From: an uncultured Lachnospiraceae bacterium
GTDB lineage: Bacteria; Bacillota; Clostridia; Lachnospirales; Lachnospiraceae
NCBI GenBank assembly: GCA_905235845.1
Contig: CAJONG010000003.1
Coordinates: 1 to 61,658 of the forward strand
Reading direction: 5' to 3'
DNA: 61,658 nucleotides
Of the stretch, positions 10,803 through 20,196 are shown piece by piece. The position numbers and the translations under genes are program-made. Positions within the stretch are counted from its first letter, which is position 1. Each line of letters starts with the position of its first letter. Under the pieces are notes generated by a model. That model was not told the DNA's origin. It saw only the letters and a program-made list of their open reading frames with translations, and did no database searches.

Positions 10803-11984
10803 TCAGTACTTCATCACAAGTCTCATGCCCCACGCAGCTATCTTATATATTGGGTTCTCCATACGCTTCTGCACATTCTTAAGCTCCTTGCGGATCTGTA
10901 TGCTCTGGGGACAGTGCTGCTCACACTTTCCGCATTCTATGCAGCGGCTCGCATTGGTCTTATCCTTGCGTAGCGTCGTACACATAAGGTATTCCTTAAG
11001 AGCCACCATATACTTATCGGTGTAAGAATGATTATATGCGGAGAAGCATCCGGGTATATCCACTCCCTGCGGACATGGTTGGCAGTAGCCGCAGCCGGTG
11101 CAGCCCACCTTGATACTCTCATTGATGGCAGAGAGCACCCTTTTATAGAATGCATGCTCATCCTTAGTAAGTGAACCTGCTGTTGCCTCGGATGCAATAC
11201 GGGCATTCTCCTCTACCTGTGCCACATCGTTCATTCCGGATAATACTACATTCACTTCCTTATGATCCCATATCCATCTAAGACCCCAGTCGGCGGGTGT
11301 CCTTAACGGGGACATGTTATTAAACTCCTCTACCGCCTTCCCGGGCAGATTATTCACAAGCCTGCCACCTCTTAATGGCTCCATTATGATTATGGGTATA
11401 CCCTTCTCATGGGCATGCTTAATACCCTCAATGCCTGCCTGCGAATGTTCATCCACATAGTTGAACTGAACCTGGGCGAAATCCCAGTCATAGGAATCTA
11501 TCAGTTCCTTGAACCTGACCGTCCCTCCATGGAATGAAAACCCGATATTCCTTATCTGTCCTTTAGTCTTCTTATTCTCTATCCACTCTCTGATACCCAG
11601 ATCCGACAATCTCTTAAAGCTTGCAGGGTCATTGAGCATATGAAGCAGATAATAATCCACATAGTCCGTCTTAAGACGCCTTAGCTCTTCATCAAAATAT
11701 CTGTCGGCATCCTCGATCTTCCTGATATAATACTGCGGAAGCTTGGTGGCTATCTTGAGCTTATCCCTGCAGTCATAATGCTCCATGAACTTGCCCAGAC
11801 ACTCTTCGCTCCCATTATACAGATAGGCTGTATCGAAGTAATTGACTCCGAGATCCAGAGCCTTCTTCATCTCCCTTTCAGCTTTTTCCTGATCTATAGT
11901 GTTCCCGTTTTTAGTAAATCTCATGCAGCCAAATCCAAGCACCGACAGTTCATCGCCGTTCTTCTGATTCGTTCTGTATTGCAT
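10803..11984 (-). CDS. aldo/keto reductase with C-terminal 4Fe-4S dicluster
   Basis: LGFGCMR, YFDTAY, CTGCGYCQPCP, CIECGKCEQHCP. Confidence 0.92.
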   Translation of the reverse strand: MQYRTNQKNGDELSVLGFGCMRFTKNGNTIDQEKAEREMKKALDLGVNYFDTAYLYNGSEECLGKFMEHYDCRDKLKIATKLPQYYIRKIEDADRYFDEELRRLKTDYVDYYLLHMLNDPASFKRLSDLGIREWIENKKTKGQIRNIGFSFHGGTVRFKELIDSYDWDFAQVQFNYVDEHSQAGIEGIKHAHEKGIPIIIMEPLRGGRLVNNLPGKAVEEFNNMSPLRTPADWGLRWIWDHKEVNVVLSGMNDVAQVEENARIASEATAGSLTKDEHAFYKRVLSAINESIKVGCTGCGYCQPCPQGVDIPGCFSAYNHSYTDKYMVALKEYLMCTTLRKDKTNASRCIECGKCEQHCPQSIQIRKELKNVQKRMENPIYKIAAWGMRLVMKY

Positions 11985-12089
11985 AATTCCTCCTGATGTA
12001 ATATAGAATAACCCCTAATACATGGTAAATATTATATCATATGTATCATAACAATACATATATATACTTATCCTACTCCTGCCGGAGTG

Positions 12090-12114
12090 ATAAACCGTCC
12101 ACCGGACGGTTTAT
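12090..12114 (-). terminator. terminator-like hairpin
   Basis: ataaaccgtcc-acc-ggacggtttat downstream of the 12169..14127 gene. Confidence 0.6.
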
Positions 12115-12168
12115 TATACCACACATTAGGGATTATAATTACATAAGTATTCAGTTTATTCTGTTATT

Positions 12169-14127
12169 CTAGCGACGCCTTTTGAAAAGCAGTGCGAATC
12201 CCAGTCCCAGAGCCAATACGACTATTGATACCGCCAAAAGTCCAAGAGTCTTCGCATCATAGTCAGCTACACTTTTACTTGTGCTTAAGGTATCTGACTC
12301 TGTATTACTATCCGAATCACCCTGCATCTGTGGTGACATGGCTCCCAGTGTCTCAGCGCCATCCGGCATCTGGGGCATAGCTTCGGGTGTGATCTCTGCA
12401 CCATCAGGCATCTTCGTCATAGCTTCGGGTGTGATCTCTGCACCGTCAGACATCTGCGGCATAGTCCCTTCCGCCTCAGATCCGGAAGGTCTCATCATAC
12501 CGCCTTTACCGCTGCCGAAGCCGCCTCTTTCGCCCCGCTTCATCATTCCGCCACCCATAATGTGGTTGCCTCCGAAGCCGCCGGAAGTGGCATCTCCGTA
12601 TGAAGCGGATGTCTCTTTAAGATCCACCTCTTCTTCCTCATCGCCTATTACTACAGTATAAGTATTGCCGGTCTTAAGTTCGGGACAGCTTAGGCTTATT
12701 GCAGAGAAGCTGCACGGCACTTCCCACTCAAGCAGTGTATTGCCGGCTTCATCAAGAAGCTTAAGCTCAGTTCCGGCTTCTGCCCCTTCGCTGTATATGT
12801 AGAGTATCGCACACTGTGTGGATGTGGAATCAAAAGCCTCTGCCATTGAATAGCTTCCGCAGGCTATGACAGTACCGCCGCTTATCTCGCATACACCGCC
12901 GCTTTCGCTTCCATAATCTATGGCACTGTTGGAGCCTGTATTCACAAGACTTATTCTTACAGCTCCTCCGCTTATGATTATGTCTCCGTTAGAATCAAGA
13001 CCATCAGCGTCATTGCCGCTGTCATTGCATATATATATGCTGCCGCCGCTTATATGTATCCATGTCTCATCTGTCTCACCTGTATCACCTGTAGCATCGT
13101 TCATGGCAGCCGGGCTTACACCGTCTTCGACACCTTCCTGGATTCTGCCTTCGAAGCCACCTTGCATACCTCCTTGGAATCCATCCTGCATGCCGCCGCC
13201 AAAGCCACCTTGCATACCTCCTTGGAATCCGCCCTGCATACCGCCGCCAAAGCCGCCGCTTCCTCCGTTGGCATTCATACCGTCATCAGTTGAGTATATC
13301 TCTATGTCTCCGTCACGGATATCTATAGTAGGCGCTTCGATACCTTCGTAGCATTCATCTATATACAGGCTTCCGTCCGCCATTAAGAAGGATGTGTCGG
13401 AATGTATTCCGTCGTCTCCTGCATGTATGGTAATGTCTGCACCCGTTATACCTATCTTGTCATTGACATGGAATCCGTCCTCGGGAACCGTCACGGTTAT
13501 GACTCCGCCTGTTATGACAAGATCGTCATTGGACTCTATTCCATGCTTGTACTCACCTGTTATATTAAGTGTTCCGCTTCCGTTGATCGTAAGGTCGTCA
13601 TGGGTATATATCACGCCACCTGCACCGTCCTCTACAGCCTCATCGCTGTAGGTGTCTCCACTGCTTAGACTGTTAATGCTTCCTTCTGCCAGAGTTAAGA
13701 ATACCTTCTCTGCCTGATCAACATAGATAGCTGCGCTATCAAAACAATTAACGGTTACTCCGTCTAAGAGTATCCATACCTTGGATGAATCATACGCATC
13801 CACATATATACTTCCGTCAGTCAGTTCTCCCGAGATGACATAGTATCCGGCTCCCGTTATATATATGCTTCCGTTATAGGCATAAGCTCCCTTGCCGGAT
13901 ACTGATGCATCATCACCGTCTAGGGTGATGACTGTTGCAGAGGATGTATCCCAGTCATCCTTCAGATCATTGGTCGTGAATCCATCCACAGTCTCATAGC
14001 CTTCCGCATCCTCATCCACTATCTTAGTCACTCCCAGTTTTTCACTGTTCATGAATATGACGGTTGCAAGAAGTGCCAGAACTGTTATCACTATGCATAT
14101 TATGTCTATGTGTTTATGTGTTGACAT
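12169..14127 (-). CDS. Cthe_2159-like (DUF4353) carbohydrate-binding beta-helix membrane protein
   Basis: ITGAGYYVISGEL, DDLTINGSGTL, repeated GGxITV/DDGIHS/DGLDSNG, Gly/Met-rich linkers, N- and C-terminal TM helices; typical VTC-DUF4956 operon partner. Confidence 0.85.
   Translation of the reverse strand: MSTHKHIDIICIVITVLALLATVIFMNSEKLGVTKIVDEDAEGYETVDGFTTNDLKDDWDTSSATVITLDGDDASVSGKGAYAYNGSIYITGAGYYVISGELTDGSIYVDAYDSSKVWILLDGVTVNCFDSAAIYVDQAEKVFLTLAEGSINSLSSGDTYSDEAVEDGAGGVIYTHDDLTINGSGTLNITGEYKHGIESNDDLVITGGVITVTVPEDGFHVNDKIGITGADITIHAGDDGIHSDTSFLMADGSLYIDECYEGIEAPTIDIRDGDIEIYSTDDGMNANGGSGGFGGGMQGGFQGGMQGGFGGGMQDGFQGGMQGGFEGRIQEGVEDGVSPAAMNDATGDTGETDETWIHISGGSIYICNDSGNDADGLDSNGDIIISGGAVRISLVNTGSNSAIDYGSESGGVCEISGGTVIACGSYSMAEAFDSTSTQCAILYIYSEGAEAGTELKLLDEAGNTLLEWEVPCSFSAISLSCPELKTGNTYTVVIGDEEEEVDLKETSASYGDATSGGFGGNHIMGGGMMKRGERGGFGSGKGGMMRPSGSEAEGTMPQMSDGAEITPEAMTKMPDGAEITPEAMPQMPDGAETLGAMSPQMQGDSDSNTESDTLSTSKSVADYDAKTLGLLAVSIVVLALGLGFALLFKRRR
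12340..12462 (-). repeat. intragenic ~42-bp tandem repeat (MPQMPDGAEITPEA-like, about 3 copies)
   Basis: Protein MPQMSDGAEITPEAMTKMPDGAEITPEAMPQMPDGAET; DNA catagcttcgggtgtgatctctgcacc occurs twice. Confidence 0.8.
13135..13260 (-). repeat. intragenic 24-bp degenerate tandem repeat (GGFxGGMQ)n
   Basis: GGFGGGMQGGFQGGMQGGFGGGMQDGFQGGMQGGFEG. Confidence 0.8.
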
Positions 14128-14148
14128 GTGAATTACCTGTTACCTCCG

Positions 14149-14209
14149 CGCCACTGCCGCGCCTGGCGCGTCAATTCGTGGCGGGATAACATCCCCCGGA
14201 TGTTATCCC
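14149..14209. repeat. double hairpin in intra-operon spacer (REP-like)
   Basis: cgccac...gtggcg stem followed by gggataacatcc-ccc-ggatgttatccc, overlapping the DUF4956 stop codon. Confidence 0.55.
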
Positions 14210-14874
14210 ATGTAGTCCCCATTGTATGTTACGAGAACGGCACTGTATACGCCGTTAATATCCGACAGTTCGTTGACGAAGTCCGTATTGTCATCCTTAA
14301 GTCTTATCTCAAGATTAAGCTCCACATCGCCCTTCTTGGCTGACTTACTCTTAATCGTACATCTCTTTGTATGAGCCTTAAGATAGTCTGTGGCCTTAAC
14401 CTCACTGTCATGCCCGTCGCACCTTACGACTACTATATATGGGTTGCTCATATCCTTGTGATTAGCGAAGATGAGCAGGATCACTCCTATGAATACGCTT
14501 CCGAATACCGCAAGGGGGATAAGTCCTGCCGCCAGTACGATACCGGCTGCTATGGCCCAGAAGAGGAACGCTATATCCATAGGCTCCTTAATGGCTGTAC
14601 GGAATCTTACGATGGATAAGGCACCGACCATACCAAGAGACAGGACCACATTGCTTGTCACCGCAAGTATCACAAGAGTCGTGATCATCGTAAGGGCTAT
14701 TAGTGTAACGCCGAAGCTTGAAGAGTACATGACTCCCGCATATGTCTTCTTATATATGAAGAAGATAAAAAGTCCCAGTGCGAAGGCAAGCAAAAGCCCA
14801 AGCACCATATCGAATCCGCTTACCGCAGATACATTTTCAAGAAAGCTTGATTTGAAGATATCACTGAATGTCAT
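14203..14874 (-). CDS. DUF4956 membrane protein
   Basis: LSLGMVGALSIVRFRTAIKEP motif. Confidence 0.9.
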   Translation of the reverse strand: MTFSDIFKSSFLENVSAVSGFDMVLGLLLAFALGLFIFFIYKKTYAGVMYSSSFGVTLIALTMITTLVILAVTSNVVLSLGMVGALSIVRFRTAIKEPMDIAFLFWAIAAGIVLAAGLIPLAVFGSVFIGVILLIFANHKDMSNPYIVVVRCDGHDSEVKATDYLKAHTKRCTIKSKSAKKGDVELNLEIRLKDDNTDFVNELSDINGVYSAVLVTYNGDYMG

Positions 14875-14928
14875 TTGTTTTCTCCTTTTCTTATATAGAT
14901 CAGATTCTGCTATAACAACTTACCATGA

Positions 14929-15645
14929 TCAACCGTACATCCTGCATATTGCATATTTTGAAAAAGCCGTTACATGTCTTCCGGGGGTCTGAACCGCATC
15001 CCTGATTATGGAAGGCAGGAACTCATCCCATTTTACCTCAAGGATTATGGGAGAATAATCTCCCACCGGTATCGTGATACACTCCGTATTAAGGAAATCA
15101 GTGCACTTAAGGCCTGTCCTTATATTGTAGTCGAATGTCACCCTGACATTGCCCGGCGCGTATATATACGGCTCTCTGGTGTAATCCACGATGGTCTTCG
15201 GCCGCATACCCTGATAGTTCATCTTGCAGTACAGCTCCTGTATGAGAGGATTGTCCGTATCCATCATCCAATCAATGTCACCGTCCACAATAGCCTGTGC
15301 CTGTTCGTATGACAGTCTCGCGCTGTACTTGGTACCCACACCATCGAGACGGCTCTTTTTCTCCAGATTGATGAAGGTCGTATCACCGTTGTAATACCTT
15401 ATCCTGAACTTCTCTCTTCTGTTGACTCCATCCGTCTTCTCTCTCAGAGCCTTATCATCAATATTGTCAAAATAAAGGCTTCTTATAAGATATCTCCCTT
15501 CCGGGGCATGTGTATCGAATGTGGCGACCGCCCGAAGCCTCTGCCTTATGGCGATCAGATCCGAATAATTGATCTCGTGCTTCCATTCGTGTCTGTATTG
15601 CTTATCTATATCTGTCACCTCCTTGCAACACACTCTGTCCTGCAA
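14929..15645 (-). CDS. polyphosphate polymerase (VTC) domain protein; start uncertain
   Basis: RHEWKH, YLIRSLYFD, REKFRIRYY, LEKK, VRVTFD, ILEVK, FSKY. Confidence 0.9.
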   Translation of the reverse strand: MQDRVCCKEVTDIDKQYRHEWKHEINYSDLIAIRQRLRAVATFDTHAPEGRYLIRSLYFDNIDDKALREKTDGVNRREKFRIRYYNGDTTFINLEKKSRLDGVGTKYSARLSYEQAQAIVDGDIDWMMDTDNPLIQELYCKMNYQGMRPKTIVDYTREPYIYAPGNVRVTFDYNIRTGLKCTDFLNTECITIPVGDYSPIILEVKWDEFLPSIIRDAVQTPGRHVTAFSKYAICRMYG

Positions 15646-15824
15646 TGTGTTACGCCTTATATGTTGTCCATTTTATAGGGAGAATGTGTTCAAATTGTGT
15701 TCTTGTAATGTAGAAAATGTGAAAATCGGAATTGGCAGATCTTCACTAAAATGATAAAATCAGTCTAAAGATTTTTCGGTTAATATCCGATACAGAATAT
15801 GAGAGTTATTATGCATAAGAGGAT

Positions 15825-16130
15825 ATGATCATGGCAATAGGAGCAGTAGGCTCATATGCTTCGATGACCGCTACGGCTGCATACGGAGCACAGATGCCCT
15901 ATCTTTACAACACCAACAGAGTAAGTGCCAACAGCATGAATCCTATAAATCCTATAGGGTCTGATGTAGTGCGTGCTCCTAAGACCGATTATTCCGCTCT
16001 TGCCGGACTGGCAGGCTCCACAGGCAGTAATGAGAATCCTCTTAAGCCCTTCGAGACCTCGAATTTTGATGAAGTATTGGAGAGGCAGTTCGCCCTTGGT
16101 CGGCAGAATGCAGCCAGGATTTTCGGATAA
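15825..16130 (+). CDS. hypothetical protein
   Basis: 101-aa ORF preceded by a strong SD (AAGAGGAT) and followed by a hairpin. Confidence 0.6.
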   Translation: MIMAIGAVGSYASMTATAAYGAQMPYLYNTNRVSANSMNPINPIGSDVVRAPKTDYSALAGLAGSTGSNENPLKPFETSNFDEVLERQFALGRQNAARIFG

Positions 16131-16210
16131 ACTGTTTTCCTGACCTTTTCCCACAGGCTGTTGTCGCGATTGAAGACATCCCCATATAATTGTATTGAAC
16201 ATTAATAATT

Positions 16211-16249
16211 AAGGATCCGGAATGTACGATGTGTATATTCCGGATCCTT
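16211..16249. terminator. bidirectional terminator-like hairpin
   Basis: aaggatccggaat...attccggatcctt between convergent genes. Confidence 0.75.
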
Positions 16250-16315
16250 TGTTACTCTATTATCAAGTCATATCGTATACCGCGCATCTAACGATGGGTA
16301 TACATCTGCAATGTC

Positions 16316-18019
16316 TTATGCCTTCTTAGCCTTGGCCTGCTTCTGGAAGGTCTGAACACCCTCGATCACAAGGATCACTGCAAGTATTACCATAGCTATG
16401 GCAAATACAAGCTGGAACCAGTCACCCCATACTGCCTCACCGCCACCGATGGCACCGAACTTCTTGATGATGGTCTGTACCAGTGAAGTAAGTGTAGCGC
16501 AAAGCATGAATACCATGGGTATGTAGAACATCTTATTATTCTTGCCTACCTCACCGAGCCATGTGCATACTGCAAGGAGGGCGATACCTGCAAGGAGCTG
16601 ATTGGCTGCTCCGAAGAGTGCCCATATAGCAGAAAGCTTAAGTCCGCCGAGTACACACCCGATAACAACCATTGTAGTTGTACCGAAGAGGGGATGTGCA
16701 AGGATCTTACGAATGCCTGACGCATCCTTCCATGTAGCCTCATTCTCCTTAAGGAAGAGCTCTGAGAACATGAATCTTGAAAGTCGTGTACCTGTATCAA
16801 GTGATGTAAGAGCGAATACTGATACGGCAAGTGTAAGGAGTGCAGATATGGTATTGTAGATACCTGTTCCCTCAGCGCCGAACATTGTTGCGATACCTGC
16901 ACCGAATGCTGCGGAAGGAGAACCGAAGCCGCCCTCTGTGTACTTGGCATATACCATACCTACTGCTATAAGAGATACAATACCGAGCGCAGACTCGATA
17001 AGCATTGAGCCGTAACCGATGGGCTTAGCGTCCTTCTCGTTACGAAGCTGCTTAGATGTTGTACCTGTAGATATAAGTGCATGGAAGCCTGAGCATGCTC
17101 CACAAGCAACCGTAATGAACAGTGCGGGGAACATATTGCCGATTCCCGTGCTCCATCCTGTCACTGCAGGAATTGTGAACTGTGCAGAGCCTGTGAAGGC
17201 TGATACAAGGATACCTACAACTGCTATAACCATCATGGCGTAAAGCAGGAAGCTTGAGAGATAATCTCTGGGCTGAAGCAGTATCCATACAGGCACAAGT
17301 GATGCTACAACGATATATATACCGATGAATACGATCCATGCTGTACGTCCCATTACAAAACCACAGTTAAGACCGATGATGGTAATGATGATGATGCCTA
17401 TAATACCTGCGATAGAAGCAGGAACCGTCTTGATATTCAGCTTATTGGTCACATAGCCGTAGACAACAGCGAGTACTATGAATAAGAGCGAGATCATAGC
17501 CGTCGTCTGATTGTTCGTAGGAGAACCCGTGAAGCCGAAGCCGCCTTCCTCCGTGAAGAAAGTACCTGCAACGACATTGACGAATGAAGCTATAACCAGT
17601 ATAAGAACCAGAAGTCCGAATAAAAGGAACAGCTTCTTGGCTCTCTGGCCCATGGTATCGTTAATGATCTCACCAAGTGACTTACCCTCATGTCTGATAG
17701 ATGCGAAAAGTGAACCGAAATCCTGTAATCCGCCGAAGAAGATACCTCCGATCACACACCACAGGAATACGGGAAGCCATCCGAATACGGATGCCTGAAT
17801 AGGTCCGTTGATAGGACCTGCGCCTGCGATTGATGAGAAATGGTGTCCCATAAGGACTGCAGGAGGTGCGGCTACATAGTCTACACCATCCTCCTTCTCA
17901 ATAGCAGGAGTTTTTCTTGAAGGGTCGATGCCCCACTGCTTAGCAAGCCATGAGCCGTATGTGATATAGCCCACGATAAGAAGTGCTATAGCAGCAAGAA
18001 TAATTAATAGTGCTGTCAT
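16316..18019 (-). CDS. cstA: carbon starvation protein A family transporter
   Basis: GHHFSSIAGAGPI, VWILLQPRDYL, ACGACSGFHAL, FALTSLDTGTR, LFGAANQLLA. Confidence 0.93.
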   Translation of the reverse strand: MTALLIILAAIALLIVGYITYGSWLAKQWGIDPSRKTPAIEKEDGVDYVAAPPAVLMGHHFSSIAGAGPINGPIQASVFGWLPVFLWCVIGGIFFGGLQDFGSLFASIRHEGKSLGEIINDTMGQRAKKLFLLFGLLVLILVIASFVNVVAGTFFTEEGGFGFTGSPTNNQTTAMISLLFIVLAVVYGYVTNKLNIKTVPASIAGIIGIIIITIIGLNCGFVMGRTAWIVFIGIYIVVASLVPVWILLQPRDYLSSFLLYAMMVIAVVGILVSAFTGSAQFTIPAVTGWSTGIGNMFPALFITVACGACSGFHALISTGTTSKQLRNEKDAKPIGYGSMLIESALGIVSLIAVGMVYAKYTEGGFGSPSAAFGAGIATMFGAEGTGIYNTISALLTLAVSVFALTSLDTGTRLSRFMFSELFLKENEATWKDASGIRKILAHPLFGTTTMVVIGCVLGGLKLSAIWALFGAANQLLAGIALLAVCTWLGEVGKNNKMFYIPMVFMLCATLTSLVQTIIKKFGAIGGGEAVWGDWFQLVFAIAMVILAVILVIEGVQTFQKQAKAKKA

Positions 18020-18070
18020 TTTCCTCTCTCCTTTTCATCTGAGAATCTTGCGCTTATGCGCGGTTCCAGG

Positions 18071-18649
18071 CTATGACCTGCGAACCAGTATATTGCCAAC
18101 GAGACCCATCAGGATGCATGCCTGTCTGTTAAAATATGCCTTACCCTCCGTAGCCTCGACAACAACCAATCTGTAATTCGAATACCCATGCAGGGCGAAC
18201 TTATAATTCTTACTGTGCTTAAGCTTCCTTGCAAGTTCCCTTGCATCTTCATCTACCGAATCGGCTATCACTATAAGTACCGCATCCGTATTCTTATGCT
18301 TAGATGATGGCTTCGCATGAGATATCCCAAGCTCCCATGCTTTCTTATCAAGTATCGTAAGCTCGTCCGCCGTCAGTCTCTTAAGCTTCTTAAAATACAC
18401 ATATTCCGATGTATTCATCTCGGCGACCTTAGCCGCCTTAATAAGGAAATACTGTTCTCCCTTAGAATCAAATACCGCTTCCGCATCAAAGTCCGGCGTA
18501 TGTCGGGTTATATTGTAGTACACCGAGTATGATTCCATGAATTTCTCAAGGATCTCATCCGTCGTCAGCTTAAGTCCGTAGTCAAGAACCTGACCTCTTA
18601 TCTTATAGCCCGGTTCTGCTTTTTTCTTGATATCAGAAGGTTTTATCAT
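18071..18649 (-). CDS. hypothetical protein
   Basis: 192-aa ORF, ATGA-coupled to the upstream gene. Confidence 0.7.
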   Translation of the reverse strand: MIKPSDIKKKAEPGYKIRGQVLDYGLKLTTDEILEKFMESYSVYYNITRHTPDFDAEAVFDSKGEQYFLIKAAKVAEMNTSEYVYFKKLKRLTADELTILDKKAWELGISHAKPSSKHKNTDAVLIVIADSVDEDARELARKLKHSKNYKFALHGYSNYRLVVVEATEGKAYFNRQACILMGLVGNILVRRS

Positions 18650-19062
18650 GATACTTTTTCTCCGTTGGGATCCGCAACATCCGCTCTTACAGGAGCTGTT
18701 GTATCGAGCATAGGAGCCTTCTCCTTAAGATCATTCATAAGCATCTGTGCAGCTTTTCTGTCCGGAAGTGTCACCTCCATAAGCTCCCTGCCGTCTGCCA
18801 TGATCACGAGATGCTCTACCTCTATATCGCCGTCTCCGCAGCAGATATTGGCATGAAGCCTCCGCACCCGCCTGAATATCTTCTCGGCATCCGTATATTC
18901 AATATAATAGTTGCGTAAGCCTTTTTTCACAAAAAGAAAACCATCCGCAACAGTGACAGAGCCTATGGCATGTCCTTCCTTAAAGCGGACCGTCAGTTCA
19001 TCAGTCTTCTCTTTATCAGGGCTTTCGCTTAACTTACCCGCATAAATGGGAGTGAATTTCAT
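18646..19062 (-). CDS. hypothetical protein
   Basis: 138-aa ORF with SD; contains ICCGDG. Confidence 0.65.
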   Translation of the reverse strand: MKFTPIYAGKLSESPDKEKTDELTVRFKEGHAIGSVTVADGFLFVKKGLRNYYIEYTDAEKIFRRVRRLHANICCGDGDIEVEHLVIMADGRELMEVTLPDRKAAQMLMNDLKEKAPMLDTTAPVRADVADPNGEKVS

Positions 19063-19148
19063 ATACGGTCTCCGAATACTTTATAAATCTTTAATATTCT
19101 AGCACCAACAAGCCAGATTATCAATAGTCAATACGTCTTAGAAGCATA

Positions 19149-20135
19149 TCAGGAAAAGCTGCTTATCAGCACCACTTTATCTCCTGCGTGCACCATAGTC
19201 TCTCCCCTTGGGATTATGGTATCATTATCCCTTAATATGGATACCACAAGGCTCCCTTGGGGCAGTTCTATCTCCGCGATCTGTTGTCCGGCCCAGCTAT
19301 GACTCTCTCCCACGGTTATGACCTCACTCTTAATGCGGTCATCTTTAACATAATTGTCCGTAACCTTAAGTCTGGTATACTGCTCGACGAAGCCTGCACT
19401 TATGATACCTGTGGGAATAGCCACCATTCCGACTCCGAGGAAGGCGGTTATGATACCAAGTATCTTGCCGGCAGTAGTGATGGGATAGATATCACCATAG
19501 CCCACAGTAAGAAGCGCTGATACCGCCCACCACATTCCGGAGAAAGCATTCTCGAACACCTCCGGCTGTGCATCATGTTCAAGACTGTACATGCCAAGGC
19601 TTGATGCTACCATGAGTATCAACACAAGACATACGCTTGATATGATCTGATTCTTCTTGTCATTAAGCACGCTTGTGATGACATTGAATGCATCGTACTG
19701 TGCATTGATCTTAAAAAGTCTGAATATCCTGAATACCCTAAGCAGCCTGAACACCACAACGCCTGACGGAAATATGAAGGGCAGATAGAATGGCAGGATA
19801 GTAAGCAGATCTATGAGACCGTAGAAGGAGAATATAAAAAGAATAGCTGCCTTGCCCTTCGTGAAGGACTTATCCCTCTCAAAGCGGTCGGTATAGAGAT
19901 ATTCCGAGGTCCACACTCTTAGGATATACTCGATGGTAAAGATTATGATGGTAATAAGCTCTATGCTGTCAAACAACACCTTATAACGAGCCATCTCACT
20001 GAATGTATCCGCAAGCGTGACAAAGAGATTGAGCACTATCGTGACCACAATGACCACATCAAAGGTCATACTCAGCATATTATCCCTATTGCCGATCTCG
20101 ATTATGTCGAATATCTTTTTCTTATATCTGTTCAT
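19149..20135 (-). CDS. voltage-gated-type potassium channel with C-terminal TrkA-C domain
   Basis: S4-like RLLRVFRIFRLFK, selectivity filter TVGYGD, IIPRGETMVHAGD. Confidence 0.9.
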   Translation of the reverse strand: MNRYKKKIFDIIEIGNRDNMLSMTFDVVIVVTIVLNLFVTLADTFSEMARYKVLFDSIELITIIIFTIEYILRVWTSEYLYTDRFERDKSFTKGKAAILFIFSFYGLIDLLTILPFYLPFIFPSGVVVFRLLRVFRIFRLFKINAQYDAFNVITSVLNDKKNQIISSVCLVLILMVASSLGMYSLEHDAQPEVFENAFSGMWWAVSALLTVGYGDIYPITTAGKILGIITAFLGVGMVAIPTGIISAGFVEQYTRLKVTDNYVKDDRIKSEVITVGESHSWAGQQIAEIELPQGSLVVSILRDNDTIIPRGETMVHAGDKVVLISSFS

Positions 20136-20196
20136 TCAACCCTCCAAGCCCTGTGCCCTGTAACGGACACACCGAATAACGGTTCCGTCGATCCCA

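Noticed and set aside
12169-15645. VTC-DUF4956-Cthe_2159 operon as a novel system
   Set aside because: A recurrent, commonly annotated arrangement in Firmicutes; its internal repeats are ordinary linker expansions.
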